The position numbers and the translations under genes are program-made. Below are positions 42,179-53,337 of a stretch of DNA of 64,000 nucleotides, piece by piece. Within the stretch, counting starts at the first letter, position 1; each line of letters opens with the position of its first letter. Below the pieces are notes generated by a model. It saw nothing but the letters and a program-made list of their open reading frames with translations. It ran no database searches and had not been told where the DNA came from. The DNA is from Octopus vulgaris (taxonomy: Eukaryota): positions 69,006,001-69,070,000 of the forward strand of contig OX597818.1 in NCBI GenBank assembly GCA_951406725.2, written 5' to 3'.

Positions 42179-42545
42179 TATATTATCTGAAATGCATAAT
42201 ATTAAATACCCATCATGGCTGGTCTTACCAATCAGGTTTGTGTAAAGAATACAATAGCATGTTAGGTAACAGACCGATTATTTAACTTTACACTCATCAG
42301 AGTTGGCTAATATGGAAGGGAATATGGTGCCATATTCCCTTCCATATCGGCCAACTCTGATGAGTGTAAAGTTAAATAATCAGTTGGTCACCTAACACTC
42401 TATTGTATCCCTTACACGAAACCGACTAGTAAGACCAGCCTTGATGGGTATTTAATACTATGCATTTCAGAAAATATACCCATTCTACTTACAGATATAT
42501 CAGTGCGTCTTCTCCTTCAATTATCGTCTTTAGATGACTTACGCA
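42179..42545. mobile_element. Palindromic Penelope-like pLTR remnant (149-bp arms) with hammerheads
   Basis: 42179-42327 is the reverse complement of 42330-42478 with a 2-nt spacer. The right arm continues about 65 bp to a TA tract, and the element is flanked by TA/CA microsatellite. Confidence 0.75.
42349..42440 (+). ncRNA. Type I hammerhead ribozyme motif, canonical core, long loop II; mirror copy on minus strand ~42217-42307 lacks G12
   Basis: CTGATGA 42357-42363; stem II GTGTAA/TTACAC; GAAA 42418-42421; stem III AC(C)…GT; GUA at 42429-42431; bulged stem I ggc-caa-ct / ag-acca-gcc. Confidence 0.7.
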
Positions 42546-42553
42546 TACATACA

Positions 42554-42592
<39 letters not shown>

Positions 42593-42593
42593 C

Positions 42594-42830
42594 CAGTAAT
42601 CCCTCGCCATATCACATTTCAACTATTGCAGTTCACCTATCATGGTTAATTATTTAAGCTTACACCAATTTCTCTGTGGTGTTGTTTTGTATTTATAATG
42701 AAATAAATGTATACAAATTATGAAAATAATTATAAAAATATATACAGTGCAGTACTGTTTCTACTTCATGGATTTTTACCTATAGCTGGACTTTTGGAAC
42801 GTAACACTCACAATAATCAAGGGATTACTG
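42594..42830. mobile_element. Tc1/mariner-pogo-type MITE (~237 bp)
   Basis: TIRs cagtaatccctcg / caagggattactg; TA on the right side, TA-rich left flank. Confidence 0.75.
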
Positions 42831-42908
42831 TACATGTGTGTGTGTGTGTGTGTGTGTGTTTGTGTGTATGTGTGTGTCTATGAATATATATATATATATA
42901 TGTTCTAG

Positions 42909-42958
42909 CAAAAACTGTCCGATGAACGGGAACGGGAAACTCAGAGTAACAGGTTTTG
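42909..42958 (+). ncRNA. Minimal type I hammerhead motif (CCGAUGA core) in an ~84-bp insert within (TA)n
   Basis: Stem I (aaaa)CTGT/ACAG(g-tttt); CCGATGA 42919-42925; weak stem II cg-GGAA-cg; GAAA 42936-42939; stem III ACTC-a-GAGT; GUA. Confidence 0.65.
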
Positions 42959-43009
42959 TTGAATTTTCTGCTGCTTTAAATAAAGTATATATATATATAT
43001 ATATATATA

Positions 43010-43190
43010 GTTAATCCAAACAAGAAAACACAGTAAAAAAGAGAAAAAACACAGCAACGCAGGACGTGGAACAATTAAAGTATTATCGGATGCTCAGGTA
43101 AGAAGGAGGGTTTAACGTTTCGAGCGGAGCTCTTTGTCGGAAACAAGGAGAAGGAAAGATCCCAAGAAGGGAAGACAGAGGAAAAAATAT
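43010..43190 (-). mobile_element. Short Penelope-like pLTR fragment with minimal hammerhead at 43110-43144
   Basis: Minus strand reads GTTT-CCGACAA-a-GAGC-tcc-GCTC-GAA-ACGT-T-AAAC. Ends ttaac|tatata in a TA tract; homologous to 44125-44315. Confidence 0.65.
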
Positions 43191-43215
43191 TTGAGCTGGT
43201 GGTGCTCAAGAGATC

Positions 43216-43907
43216 ATAAGAAATATTGAATTTCTAAATCTCTCGTAGAGACATGTACGGTGGTGGGGTGATAGAATGGTTGTATACTGTCAATGTAACA
43301 AGAACATGACAGTAGGGGGTACACCACCGCTGTATAGCCCTAAGAAGCATCGAACGCCTCCTGATGGCTTTGACACATTTTTCCCTGTGTCCTTATATAC
43401 ATTTACGAAGGGGAGACAAACACCCCCGGCTGCCGGAACTGCATCTAGGGACACGTGTTTCAGGATCATTGTCCTTCATCGGCCTAGAGTAGCAGACACT
43501 GGTCAGCTGGTGATATTTGCCTCGACTTCGTAATTGTATATATATATATTCAGTGAAGTCTATTCACTGATTATCAAAATAAGAAATATTGAATTGCTAA
43601 ATCTCTTGTAGAGACATGTACGGTGATGGGGGCGATAGAATGGTTGTATACTGTCAATCTAACAAGAACGTGACAGTAGGGGGTACACCACCGCTGTATA
43701 GCCCTAGGAAGCATCGAACGCCTCCTGATGGCTTTGATGCAGTTCTGGCAGCCGGGAGTGTTTGTCTCCCCTTCGTAAATGTATATAAGGACACAGGGAA
43801 AAATGTGTCAAAGCCATCAGGAGGCGTTCGATGCTTCCTAGGGCTATACAGCGGTGGTGTACCCCCTACAGTCACGTTCTTGTTAGATTGACAGTATACA
43901 ACCATTC

Positions 43908-43910
<3 letters not shown>
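43216..43910. mobile_element. Young element present as direct plus inverted partial copies (Penelope-like pLTR arrangement)
   Basis: Copy 1 43216-43535, copy 2 43579-43737 (direct) and copy 3 43736-43910 (inverted) are near-identical; TA tracts lie between and after them. Confidence 0.8.
43444..43488 (-). ncRNA. Minimal type I hammerhead ribozyme, perfectly paired, CCGAUGA core, palindromic stem III
   Basis: Minus strand reads TCTAGG-CCGATGA-AGGA-caatga-TCCT-GAA-ACACGTGT-C-CCTAGA. GUC cleavage predicted between 43450 and 43449. Confidence 0.8.
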
Positions 43911-43942
<32 letters not shown>

Positions 43943-44124
43943 AGAGTGTTAAGTGTGATGTACAGGCATTGAATATTGAGAAAAAATAACATCAGAATTT
44001 TGGAAAAAAATCTTTTAATTTCTTCATTATTAATGAATGCACTGACAAAGAAGAAATAAAAAGACAACTTTTTTCCAAAATTTGTACATAGATTTTTATG
44101 TAAATGTAACCTTACATAAAATGT

Positions 44125-44315
44125 TGGCGATTTTTCCTTACTTTTCCTTATTTCTCTTTGAACTTTCCTGTTTCTGATGAAGAGCTAAGCTCGAAACATT
44201 AACAACAATTTTCTCCCTTCACTGAGTGTCAAAATAATATATTTGTTGTGCACATCCTCAAGTTCATCGTTTTCCTTTTTTCTCTGTTTTTAATTGTTTG
44301 TTTATTTGAGTTCAC
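44125..44315 (+). mobile_element. Short Penelope-like pLTR fragment with decayed minimal hammerhead at 44170-44203
   Basis: GTTT-CTGATGA-a-GAGC-taa-GCTC-GAAACATT-AAC. Ends ttcac|tatata. Confidence 0.65.
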
Positions 44316-44754
44316 TATATATGTATATATATGTGTGTGTGTGTTCTGCGTGTGTGTGTGTGTGTGCGTGCGTGTGTGTGTATGTATCTATATCTACATT
44401 TCTATCCATATATATATATGTATATATATATATGTGTGTGTGTGTATATCTATATATGTGCTTATGAGTATCTCTATATATGTGTGTAGGTGTTCATGTG
44501 TGTGTGTGTGTGTGTGTCTCTGTGCATCCTCATACAGGATGTGCTTGGGCAATGATGATGGTTTTGTTTCTGTCTTTCTTTAATACAGAGTTCCTCAGCT
44601 GAAGGGTTGAAATGTTACAAAGGGAAGGAATTAAGTCCATTAAAAATAGAAAAGAACTGGCCTTGGGAAAGGAATCCAATCATAGAATAGTGTTTGAAGA
44701 AGTCTTGGACACCCCAAACCAGTATCGAGGAAGATGATGCAAAAGCAGTACTGT

Positions 44755-44931
44755 GGACGACAATGACGATAACGATGACAATGACAATGACAAAGGCGAT
44801 GACGATGACAATGATGATGACGATGACGGTGGTGGTGATGGTGATGGTGATGGTGATGATGATGATGATGATAATGATGGTGAAGATGGTGGTGGTGGTG
44901 GTGATGGAGGTGAGGAGGAGGAGGAGGAGGA
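44755..44931 (+). repeat. (GAC/GAT/GGT/GAG)n compound trinucleotide tract
   Basis: Direct reading. Confidence 0.85.
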
Positions 44932-45694
44932 ATGGTAAGAGACCTTAAAATTATTTTGCTTTAGACTCAAGTCAAAATTTCAGACAAACGAAATATTTCT
45001 TCCAGAAAATTCTAATTACACCCAAAGACCAAAATTAAAAAATTAAAATAAAGAAAACGGAAAATGTTATACTTAATAATGAAACACCAAAGGGGTCTCC
45101 CACTTAGTTTGAATTCAATAAATGAACGCACCTTGATTAAAGACAAAGGAATCATCTTGGTCTGAAGATTCTTATCTTCCATTGTGAAACCTTTCAGTAA
45201 TCAGACTCTTATCTTGATTGTAGTTGTGGCTAGAATAGACAGCAAAATCATATCTATGATTAAAACCTATAACATCTTAATCAGATAAATTATTAAAGAA
45301 TAATATAAATATTTTCTCTATTTTTCAACAATTTAAAAATTAATTATAATGCCAACAACCTCAGCACGCAAATATCACCCATCGTATTGATTAAAATCTT
45401 CATCATCTTCTCCCCCACCCGACGCACACACACTTACCCCACTCCCTTATATATCTCTTTTCAGCAAAAAACAAAAAAAAATGTATACAATTCTGATTGC
45501 ATTTCAACTTGAACATCATCATTGCCATCATCATCATCATCATGATCACCATCATTCATTTCTATTAATAATATACATGAGTATATATTCTCATTCTCGT
45601 CTCTTCTCTCTGCATGCAGCCATTTCTTTGCTGTATATAATAAACTGAAAATAGGAACAGAACATTAAGCGATGAAGATATTCAGCATTGAATG

Positions 45695-45737
45695 TATATG
45701 CAATGTATTTATATACATATACATACATATATATGTG

Positions 45738-45770
<33 letters not shown>

Positions 45771-45917
45771 ATAGAACTATATATATATGCATATATGTAT
45801 ATATAGAAATATATATATATATATGTATACATATATATATGTATTTGTATATATATATATATGTATGTATGTATAGAAATATATATATGTATATATGTAT
45901 AAATATGCATATGTATA

Positions 45918-45961
<44 letters not shown>

Positions 45962-46230
45962 TATATATATATATATATAAATATGTATGTATGTATGTAT
46001 ATGTATATTTATATGTATATGTATTTATATATATGTAAGTATATGTATATCTACATATGTATTTGTGTGTATATATATGTATATATATATATATATGTGT
46101 ATGAATATATATATGTATGTATGTGTATATACATGTATATGTATATATGTATATATATTTACACACATGCATACATATATACATATATGTGTATATACAT
46201 ATATATACATACACATACATGTATACCTAC

Positions 46231-46261
<31 letters not shown>

Positions 46262-46345
46262 CGCACAAATATATATATATGCATATACACATATATACAT
46301 ATATGTACATACATGTGTGTGTGAGTGTGTGGGTGTATGTGTAGA
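45695..46345. repeat. ~650-bp compound (TA)/(TATG)/(TACA) microsatellite
   Basis: Direct reading. Confidence 0.95.
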
Positions 46346-47944
46346 TATAAAATTTTGAAATTTTATTTTAGGAAAAATGAGTTTTGATATATTTTCCTTT
46401 TCTCTTAATCAGATTGTTTCTCTGATATTTCCAAGACAAAATTTCAGAGAAAGAATCGGAGAAAACAAGATTCCGAAAACTGATTGAAAGCGACTGAATT
46501 TCTTTTTCAACTCCTTTCAACAACACTCCTGAACAATGTACTTCAAAACAGTGTACTTTTGACTGTAAACGATACAGCATATATCCTTTTTGGTTTAACA
46601 CAAGATATTTATCTTCTGAAAATGTACAAAGATAAGCTGATAAAATTTTACCAAATAGAATTCACGAGAAATGTCTGTCAGATTAAAAAAAATAAGAGAA
46701 ATAAAAAGAATTGTGCGGATAGATTTAATATCTAGTTGTCTTTTACATTTATTATAAGTGGAGTAGTTTAAAGGAAAGGTTATATAAAAATAAACAAAGG
46801 ATATTTTTTTCTTTCTTTATTTCTTTTTATTCTTGTTTTATTTGTTTTTTTTTATTTTTATTCTTTTTTACTTTAATCTTGTACGATTCAATTCCGTATT
46901 TACTCCTGGTTAGAACTACAATAGCTGCAGTAAGGGCTTTGAAAACTTTCTTGAACATCGATACTTTTGATAAGGGTTTATTAAAGAAATATAAATTATT
47001 ATTTTTCTTTTGCTCTCATCTACTTATCTAGAACTGACAGAGTTTCGGTTTCTTTGAGAAAAACATTATTAGAATTAGATGCACATCAGAAATTGAAATT
47101 CATTTCTAATTTTGAAATGTGACAAACTTACTTGAGACAAACTTCAAATATTTCACCCACGTTTATTGCTTTGGTGTCTTTATCTTCCTCATATGATTAA
47201 CTCAAGGTATTGCACATTCATCTACCTCCTACTAGTTTCTTACACTAAAGCAGTGAGCTATCAGAAATATTACTGCACCGCGTGAAATGCTTAACAACAT
47301 TCCATCTGAGTTTGCATTCTGAGTTCAAATGCTGCCAGGGTCGATTTGGCCTTTTATCATTTTGTTGTTCAATAAAATAAGTACCTGTTGAGTACTGGAT
47401 TTGATATAATCAACCTACCCCTTCTCCTAACATTGCAGGTCTTTTGTCAAAATTTGAACCTTTTTAGTGGGGAAACAAATTTTAAAAATATTAATTTTAT
47501 TGTTTTATAAAGTTCAGAAAGAGTTGTGGCCATTAGTTACCTGTAACTGAACTCTAATTGATTGCTCTCCAATTAAAAGGTTTTGCATAGAACAACAAAA
47601 TCTTTCATATTCAGCAATAATATTATTAAAAAAACTAATTAGTAGCACCCTAAAAGGAAACATCAAATTCATTGACAGATGTCAGCAAAATTTTCCGACA
47701 CAACAATGATTGCTGCTTGGAAATTCATTCAGCTTTTTATGTAGAAAGGAATGAATGAAGGCCCTATAATCACCCAGTCACACAGTCACAGACAAGAGAG
47801 AAACAAGTGCAGTTATACATTACATCAGACTTTCAGATGATGTGAATGACCAAAGCTTCTACTAATGTAACAAGAGACACAAGCATTCATTATTTTTTTA
47901 CCAAACTCTTTCCCAACTTCATCTCCAATATTCTCTATTACGCT

Positions 47945-48020
47945 GTTATTTTGCTCGGATCCTTACACTGTTATTTTTCTCGGATCCTTACACTTATTTT
48001 GCTCAGATCCTTACACTTGT
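47945..48020. repeat. Short tandem repeat, 3 x ~25 bp (ttatttt.ctcggatccttacac)
   Basis: Direct reading. Confidence 0.8.
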
Positions 48021-49132
48021 ATGCTCACATCATTACAAAACCAGGCCACAACATTTGTCTCGTTTTTCCAGTGTTGCTCAATAACTTTCTTTTCTTGGAA
48101 GCTTGTGAAGGTGCACGGCTTAGTGGTTCCACATTCTGTTAATTTCTTTGTAATCCAAGACACAAGGCTCACTGGTTAGGGTATTTGGCTTACAGTTGTA
48201 AGGTCAGGAGTTCGATTCCCAGCAAGACACTTTATTTCATATTGCTCCAGTCAACTCAACTGGCAAAAATTAGTTGTAAATATAATGGGAAGGGCCAGCC
48301 TCGTCAAATTTTGTGTTACACAGAATTTCCCAGGAACTCTGTGAAAAGTAAGTGTGTTTTTGGAATACTCAGCCACTTGCACGTTAATTCCATGTGCAGG
48401 CTGTTCCTTTCATCAGTTCATCTGGATCACTTGTCATCGTAACTGATGACATATCAGTTATTTTTTTTTTTCTTGGAACCATCGAGTTCCATTTCCAACA
48501 TTTAGCAAAAAAATTATTTGAAATTGACAACCAATTCTTATGTTTCATTTGATCCTTTCATTATTATTGAATTAATCTTATTTTTAAAGGCTTATCCAAG
48601 ACATATGATTTCAAATTTTGGCACAATACCAGCAATTTTGGAAGAGGAGGTTCAGTGGATTACATCAACTGCTGTATTTGACTGAAAGAATGAAAGGCAA
48701 AGCTTACCTTGGCAGAATTTGATTTGAGAAGAAAAATGTATCCAAGATGTACAACATTAAAATAGCCTTTCCTCAGATAATTCAGTTTTAGATTATAAGA
48801 GATAAGGTTCAAAGCATTAGCCATTGTATTTTAAATGTGTTAGTATGAAAATATTTAGGGCACCAACAGCAGATGGAAAATATATAGATAATAAACATTT
48901 TGTGAATTGAAAATTCTGTATCAAATTCTGCCATGGATGCCAAAACATGTAAACATCCTGGGTTTAAACTACAACAACATGGCTTAGAATACCTTTAAAA
49001 ATTGGTTTGACGACGACGCTGATAATGATGATGAGGATGATGATGATATATGTAAGCGTGTGTACATATAAATGTGTATAAATATACATACAACATACAT
49101 ACATAAATGTATATATGCACACATATACTTAT

Positions 49133-49241
<109 letters not shown>

Positions 49242-50185
49242 GATATAGATATAGTAAAAAACTTATACATAAAACTGTTATTTATATATCTAAAATCTTT
49301 TATTGGTTTATTCTTAAAGGGATATGCCCATGACCCCTGCAGGCCCTCAAAGACTGGAGAGACTGATATTAATTGATATTGATTGATGTTGGTTTCCTTT
49401 GGAGAAGGAAGCTATTCCTATTCCCTTTGTGGGGCCCTTCTAAGAGAGCGAGATTGATGTGGCTGATGTCCAGCCTGGACAAGTGAAGGGCTGTCTCTAA
49501 AGGAAACCTGGAGACTGGGAGAGACACCACAGTCTGGTTAAAATAGTTACAGCAGAGTAAACTTTACTAAAGAATCTCAACAACAAAGTAGCGGTCTGCT
49601 AGACATAACAACCATATGATAACAAAACCTATACAGTTGAAAGACTGACAAAAGTTTCATAATTTCTTCTGCCAAAAAAGATCTGGAGTGAAGTGAAGTG
49701 AATCTTAAAATATTTGGTTTTGCCGACGAAATGATTTATGATGGAAACAATACAGTCATATCAAAAACTAAACTGACATGGACAATTGATTTTTAGATAC
49801 TAAACACTTATAATTGTTTCTAATTTAGGCACAGAGCCAGCAATATTGAGGTGAGGGGTTAGTCGATGCCATCCACCTCAGTGCTTTCATGGTGCTTTAT
49901 TAGATCAACCTCAAAAGAATAAGAGATACTGTCAACATTGGAAGGAACTGAACTCACAAAGTAAAATTCTCAAACTGTTTCTTCAGAGGCTCCAACTGTT
50001 CTGCCAATTCCAAACACCTTGTTTTAGATGCAAATAATTAAAGAAACTATTTATAGAATACATCTTGATTGCAACCACTTCATTATATATTTTGTTGTGA
50101 CATTTTTGCTTCAATCAAAAAAATAATAATTAATTTCTAATTATTTATTCTTGCTTTTATATAAATTTAATTAAACTATTATAGA

Positions 50186-50596
50186 CAGGAGTGGCTGTGT
50201 GGTAAGTAGCTTGCTAACCAACCACATGGTTCCGGTTTCAGTCCCACTGCATGGCATCTTGGGCAAGTGTCTTCTGCTATAGCCTCGGGCCGCCCAATGC
50301 CTTGTGAGTGGATTTGGTAGACGGAAACTGAAAGAAGCCTGTCGTATATATGTATATATATATGTATGAGTGTGTGTTTGTGTGTCTGTGTTTGTTCCCC
50401 TAGCATTGCTTGACAACCGATGCTGGTGTGTTTACGTCCCCGTCACTTAGCGGTTCGGCAAAAAGAGACCGATAGAATAAGTACTGGGCTTACAAAAAGA
50501 ATAAGTCCCGGGATCGAGTTGCTTGACCAAAGGCGGTGCTCCAGCATGGCCGCAGTCAAATGACTGAAACAAGTAAAAGAGTAAAAGAGTAAGAGT
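50186..50596 (+). mobile_element. Intact-looking tRNA-derived SINE family A
   Basis: A-box tggctgtgtgg, B-box-like ggtttcagtccc, cttgggcaagtgtctt, central TA/TG tract, many retained CpGs and a (aaaagagt)n tail. Confidence 0.9.
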
Positions 50597-50687
50597 GCAT
50601 ACAAAGTCATTTATTTCCTTTCATTGCTATCAGTAAATCCCAAAAGAAAGGCATGAAAGTCACATCAAACCCAAGTTCCCAAATGTA

Positions 50688-51104
50688 GGCGCAGGAGTGG
50701 CTGTGTGGTAAGTAGCTTACTTACAAACCACATGGTTCTGGGTTCAGTCCCACTGCGTGGCACCTTGGGCAAGTGTCTTCTACTATAGCCTCGGGCCAAC
50801 CCTAGCCTTGTGAGTGGATTTGGTAGACGGAAACTGAAAGAAGCCCGTCGTATATATGTATATGTATATATATGTATGTATGTGTGTGTATATGTTGTGT
50901 ATCAGTGTTTGTCTCCCCCAACATCGCTTGTCAACCGATGCTGGTGTGTTTATGTCCCCGTAACTTAGCGGTTTGGCAAAAAACTGATAGAATAAGTATT
51001 ACGCTTACAAAAAATAAGCCCTTGGATCGATTTGCTTGACTAAATGCTGTGCTCCAGCATGGCCACAGTCAAATGACTGAAACAAGTAAAAGAGTAAAAA
51101 GAGT
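50688..51104 (+). mobile_element. Intact-looking tRNA-derived SINE family A (second tandem copy)
   Basis: ggcgcaggagtggctgtgtgg…ggttcagtccc…gtaaaagagtaaaaagagt. Confidence 0.9.
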
Positions 51105-51210
51105 AAATGGTTTCAGTTTCTCCCGAAGGACAAAACTGCAGACTAATGACTGATTAAAGCAAACTTTCCTTTTCCTCAGTCTTTATACGTATTTATGTGT
51201 CTCCATACAG

Positions 51211-51770
51211 GTGGAGTGTAAAAGTAGGTGGCTTAGTGGTTAGGGTGTTCAGCTCACAATCTTAATCTTGTGAGTTCAATTTCCAGCAGTGTGTAGCATC
51301 CTTGAGCAAGACACTTTATTTCAATTTATTGCTCCAGTCCACTCACCTGGCAAAAAATGAGTTGTACCTGTAATTCAAATGGGGCCAGCCATGTCACATT
51401 CTGTGTTGCATTGAATCTCCCAGAGAATTATGTAATGGGTAAGCATGTCTGTGGAGCACTCAGCCACTTGCATGTTAATTTCATAAGCTGGCAGAAACGT
51501 TAGCGCGCCAGGCAAAATATTTATCGGTATTTTGTCTGCCGCTACGTTCTGAGTTCAAATTCCGCTGAGGTCGACTTTGCCTTTCATCCTTTTGGGGTCG
51601 ATAAATCAAGTACCAGTTACGCACTGGAATCGATGTAATCGACTTAATCCCTTTGTCTGTCCTTGTTTGTCCCCTCTATGTTTAGCCCCTTGTGGGCAAT
51701 AAAGAAATAAGGCTGTTCCATTGACCAGATCCAGTGGTGCATTCATCATCACAACCAATGGAGTCCCAGT
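51211..51770 (+). mobile_element. SINE family C interrupted by SINE family B
   Basis: The family C sequence …gttaatttcataagc resumes as ggctgttccattg at 51711; compare the uninterrupted copy at 16255-16285. Confidence 0.8.
51486..51710 (+). mobile_element. tRNA-derived SINE family B, nested
   Basis: agctggcagaaacgttagc…gagttcaaattcc…gcctttcatccttttggggtcgataaatcaagtacc; candidate TSD ataag. Decayed copies at about 10655-10788, 24798-24940 and 47250-47460. Confidence 0.8.
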
Positions 51771-52404
51771 GATACATGGAATGTATCATGGCTGAATGGG
51801 TCAGAAGTTCATTGAACAATCACTAAGTTCTAGGTTCAATCCCACTGCATGACATCTGGGGCATGTGGCATTTATCATAGCCACTTGTCAACCTAAATCA
51901 ATTTATTAGATTTTGGGTGGATGGGAGCCAAGTGAGAGCCCATTTGATGAATTCTCATCATTATCATTGTTTAACATCCGTTTTCCAAGTTCCAGTTGTC
52001 CGTTTTAACATTGTTTCTATGGCCGGATGACCTTCCTAAAGCCAACCACTTTACAGATTGTCTGCTGGGTGCTTTTCACATGGGGCTAGCACCAGTGACT
52101 TTTATGTGACACCAATACCAGTGCAGTTTTTCTGGGACCAGCACAGGGGCATTCTTCATGGTGCCAGCAAGGGTGCTTTTTACATGGCACCAGCACAGAG
52201 AACTTTATAATTGGTGTTTTTTATGTGGCACCAGAGTATTTTATGCAAACTGGAACCATGTAAAAAGGAATCAATGCTAGTGTGATAATGGTAATTCAAA
52301 GGTCTGGCCTTGACACCTAGTTTGTCAGCTTCAGGATTGTATTAATGATTCAAGATGTCTATGGAATACTCATCCACCAAATTAATGAGCTGGGAATTCA
52401 AACG

Positions 52405-52596
52405 TGCGGGTGGCACGTCAAAAGCACCCACTACACTCTCGGAGTGGTTGGTGTTAGGAAGGGCATCCAGCCGTAGAAACACTGCCAGATTTGACTGGGC
52501 CTGATGAAGCCTTCTGGCTTCACAGACCCCAGTAGAACCGTCCAACCCATGCTAGCATGGAAAACGGACGCTAAACGACGATGATGATGATGATGA
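52405..52596 (+). mobile_element. RTE-3'UTR family terminal fragment with (GAT)n tail
   Basis: ggtggcacgtcaaaagcacccactacactctcggagtgg…ggacgctaaacgacgatgatgatg. Similar copies at 20810-21060, 59385-59590, 61065-61255 and 63005-63190. Confidence 0.8.
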
Positions 52597-52819
52597 AACA
52601 GCTGAAACTGAAAACTAATTTTTACTTTGTTTTATGTGTGTGCGTGTGTGTGTGTGTGCATAGGTGTGTATAATATAATGAGATAAGAGTACCCAGTTCT
52701 CAAGTGCACTATATCATGTTGAAAAGGACTAAAAAAAAGGGGACAGAAGCAGTAGTAATGAAAGCTAGAAGAATGTGCACAGTTGACAGGATGAAAGCAC
52801 GAAAAGAAAGGTAAGTGAA

Positions 52820-53240
52820 CATTGAAATAGTTGCCTTTGCACACCCAGCAGAGCATTGTTGCTTCATTCCTCTCTAACCTTTACATGTTTCCCACATTCA
52901 GGGCCCACATCTCACTACCATGTAGCATTACTGTTCATACACATGCATCTTACAATCTTCCTTTCACTTGGAAGGTGAGAAACCTTTCGTTGCCAACAAA
53001 GGTAAAAGCTCTCTGAATTTTCTCCATCCTGTTCTTATTTTAGCTATTACACTTTTGGTGCATCCTCCCCCAACACTAATTAGGTCCCCTACATGGCAGA
53101 AATTGCCAAATGCCTCTAAAGAAACACAGGAACAAGAGAAATAATTGAATTCCTGAGTATTTGTAGTTTTCATGGCTCTTGTGTGTCTTCTACATACAAA
53201 CACCACCTTCACTGATAACCTTCATGTGGCCATAGCATAT
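52820..53240 (-). pseudogene. RTE-clade LINE RT C-terminal fragment
   Basis: FCHVGDLISVGGGCTKSVIAKIRTGWRKFRELLPLLATKGFS, then GRLYDACV*TVMLHGSEMWAL…LERNEATMLCWVC. Confidence 0.85.
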
Positions 53241-53337
53241 GGAATTCCTGCCTACTCCATTTCTACATATTTAGCACTGCCATTTACCTGATGGGTATAT
53301 GCATGTATGCATGCATGCATGTATGTATGCATGTATA

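Noticed and set aside
43276-44067. Three similar ORFs (MVVYCQ…GGTPPLYSP)
   Set aside because: By-products of the direct/inverted repeat, with no recognisable domain.
50186-50270. tRNA gene-like A/B boxes
   Set aside because: SINE heads with no complete cloverleaf, followed by SINE body and tail.
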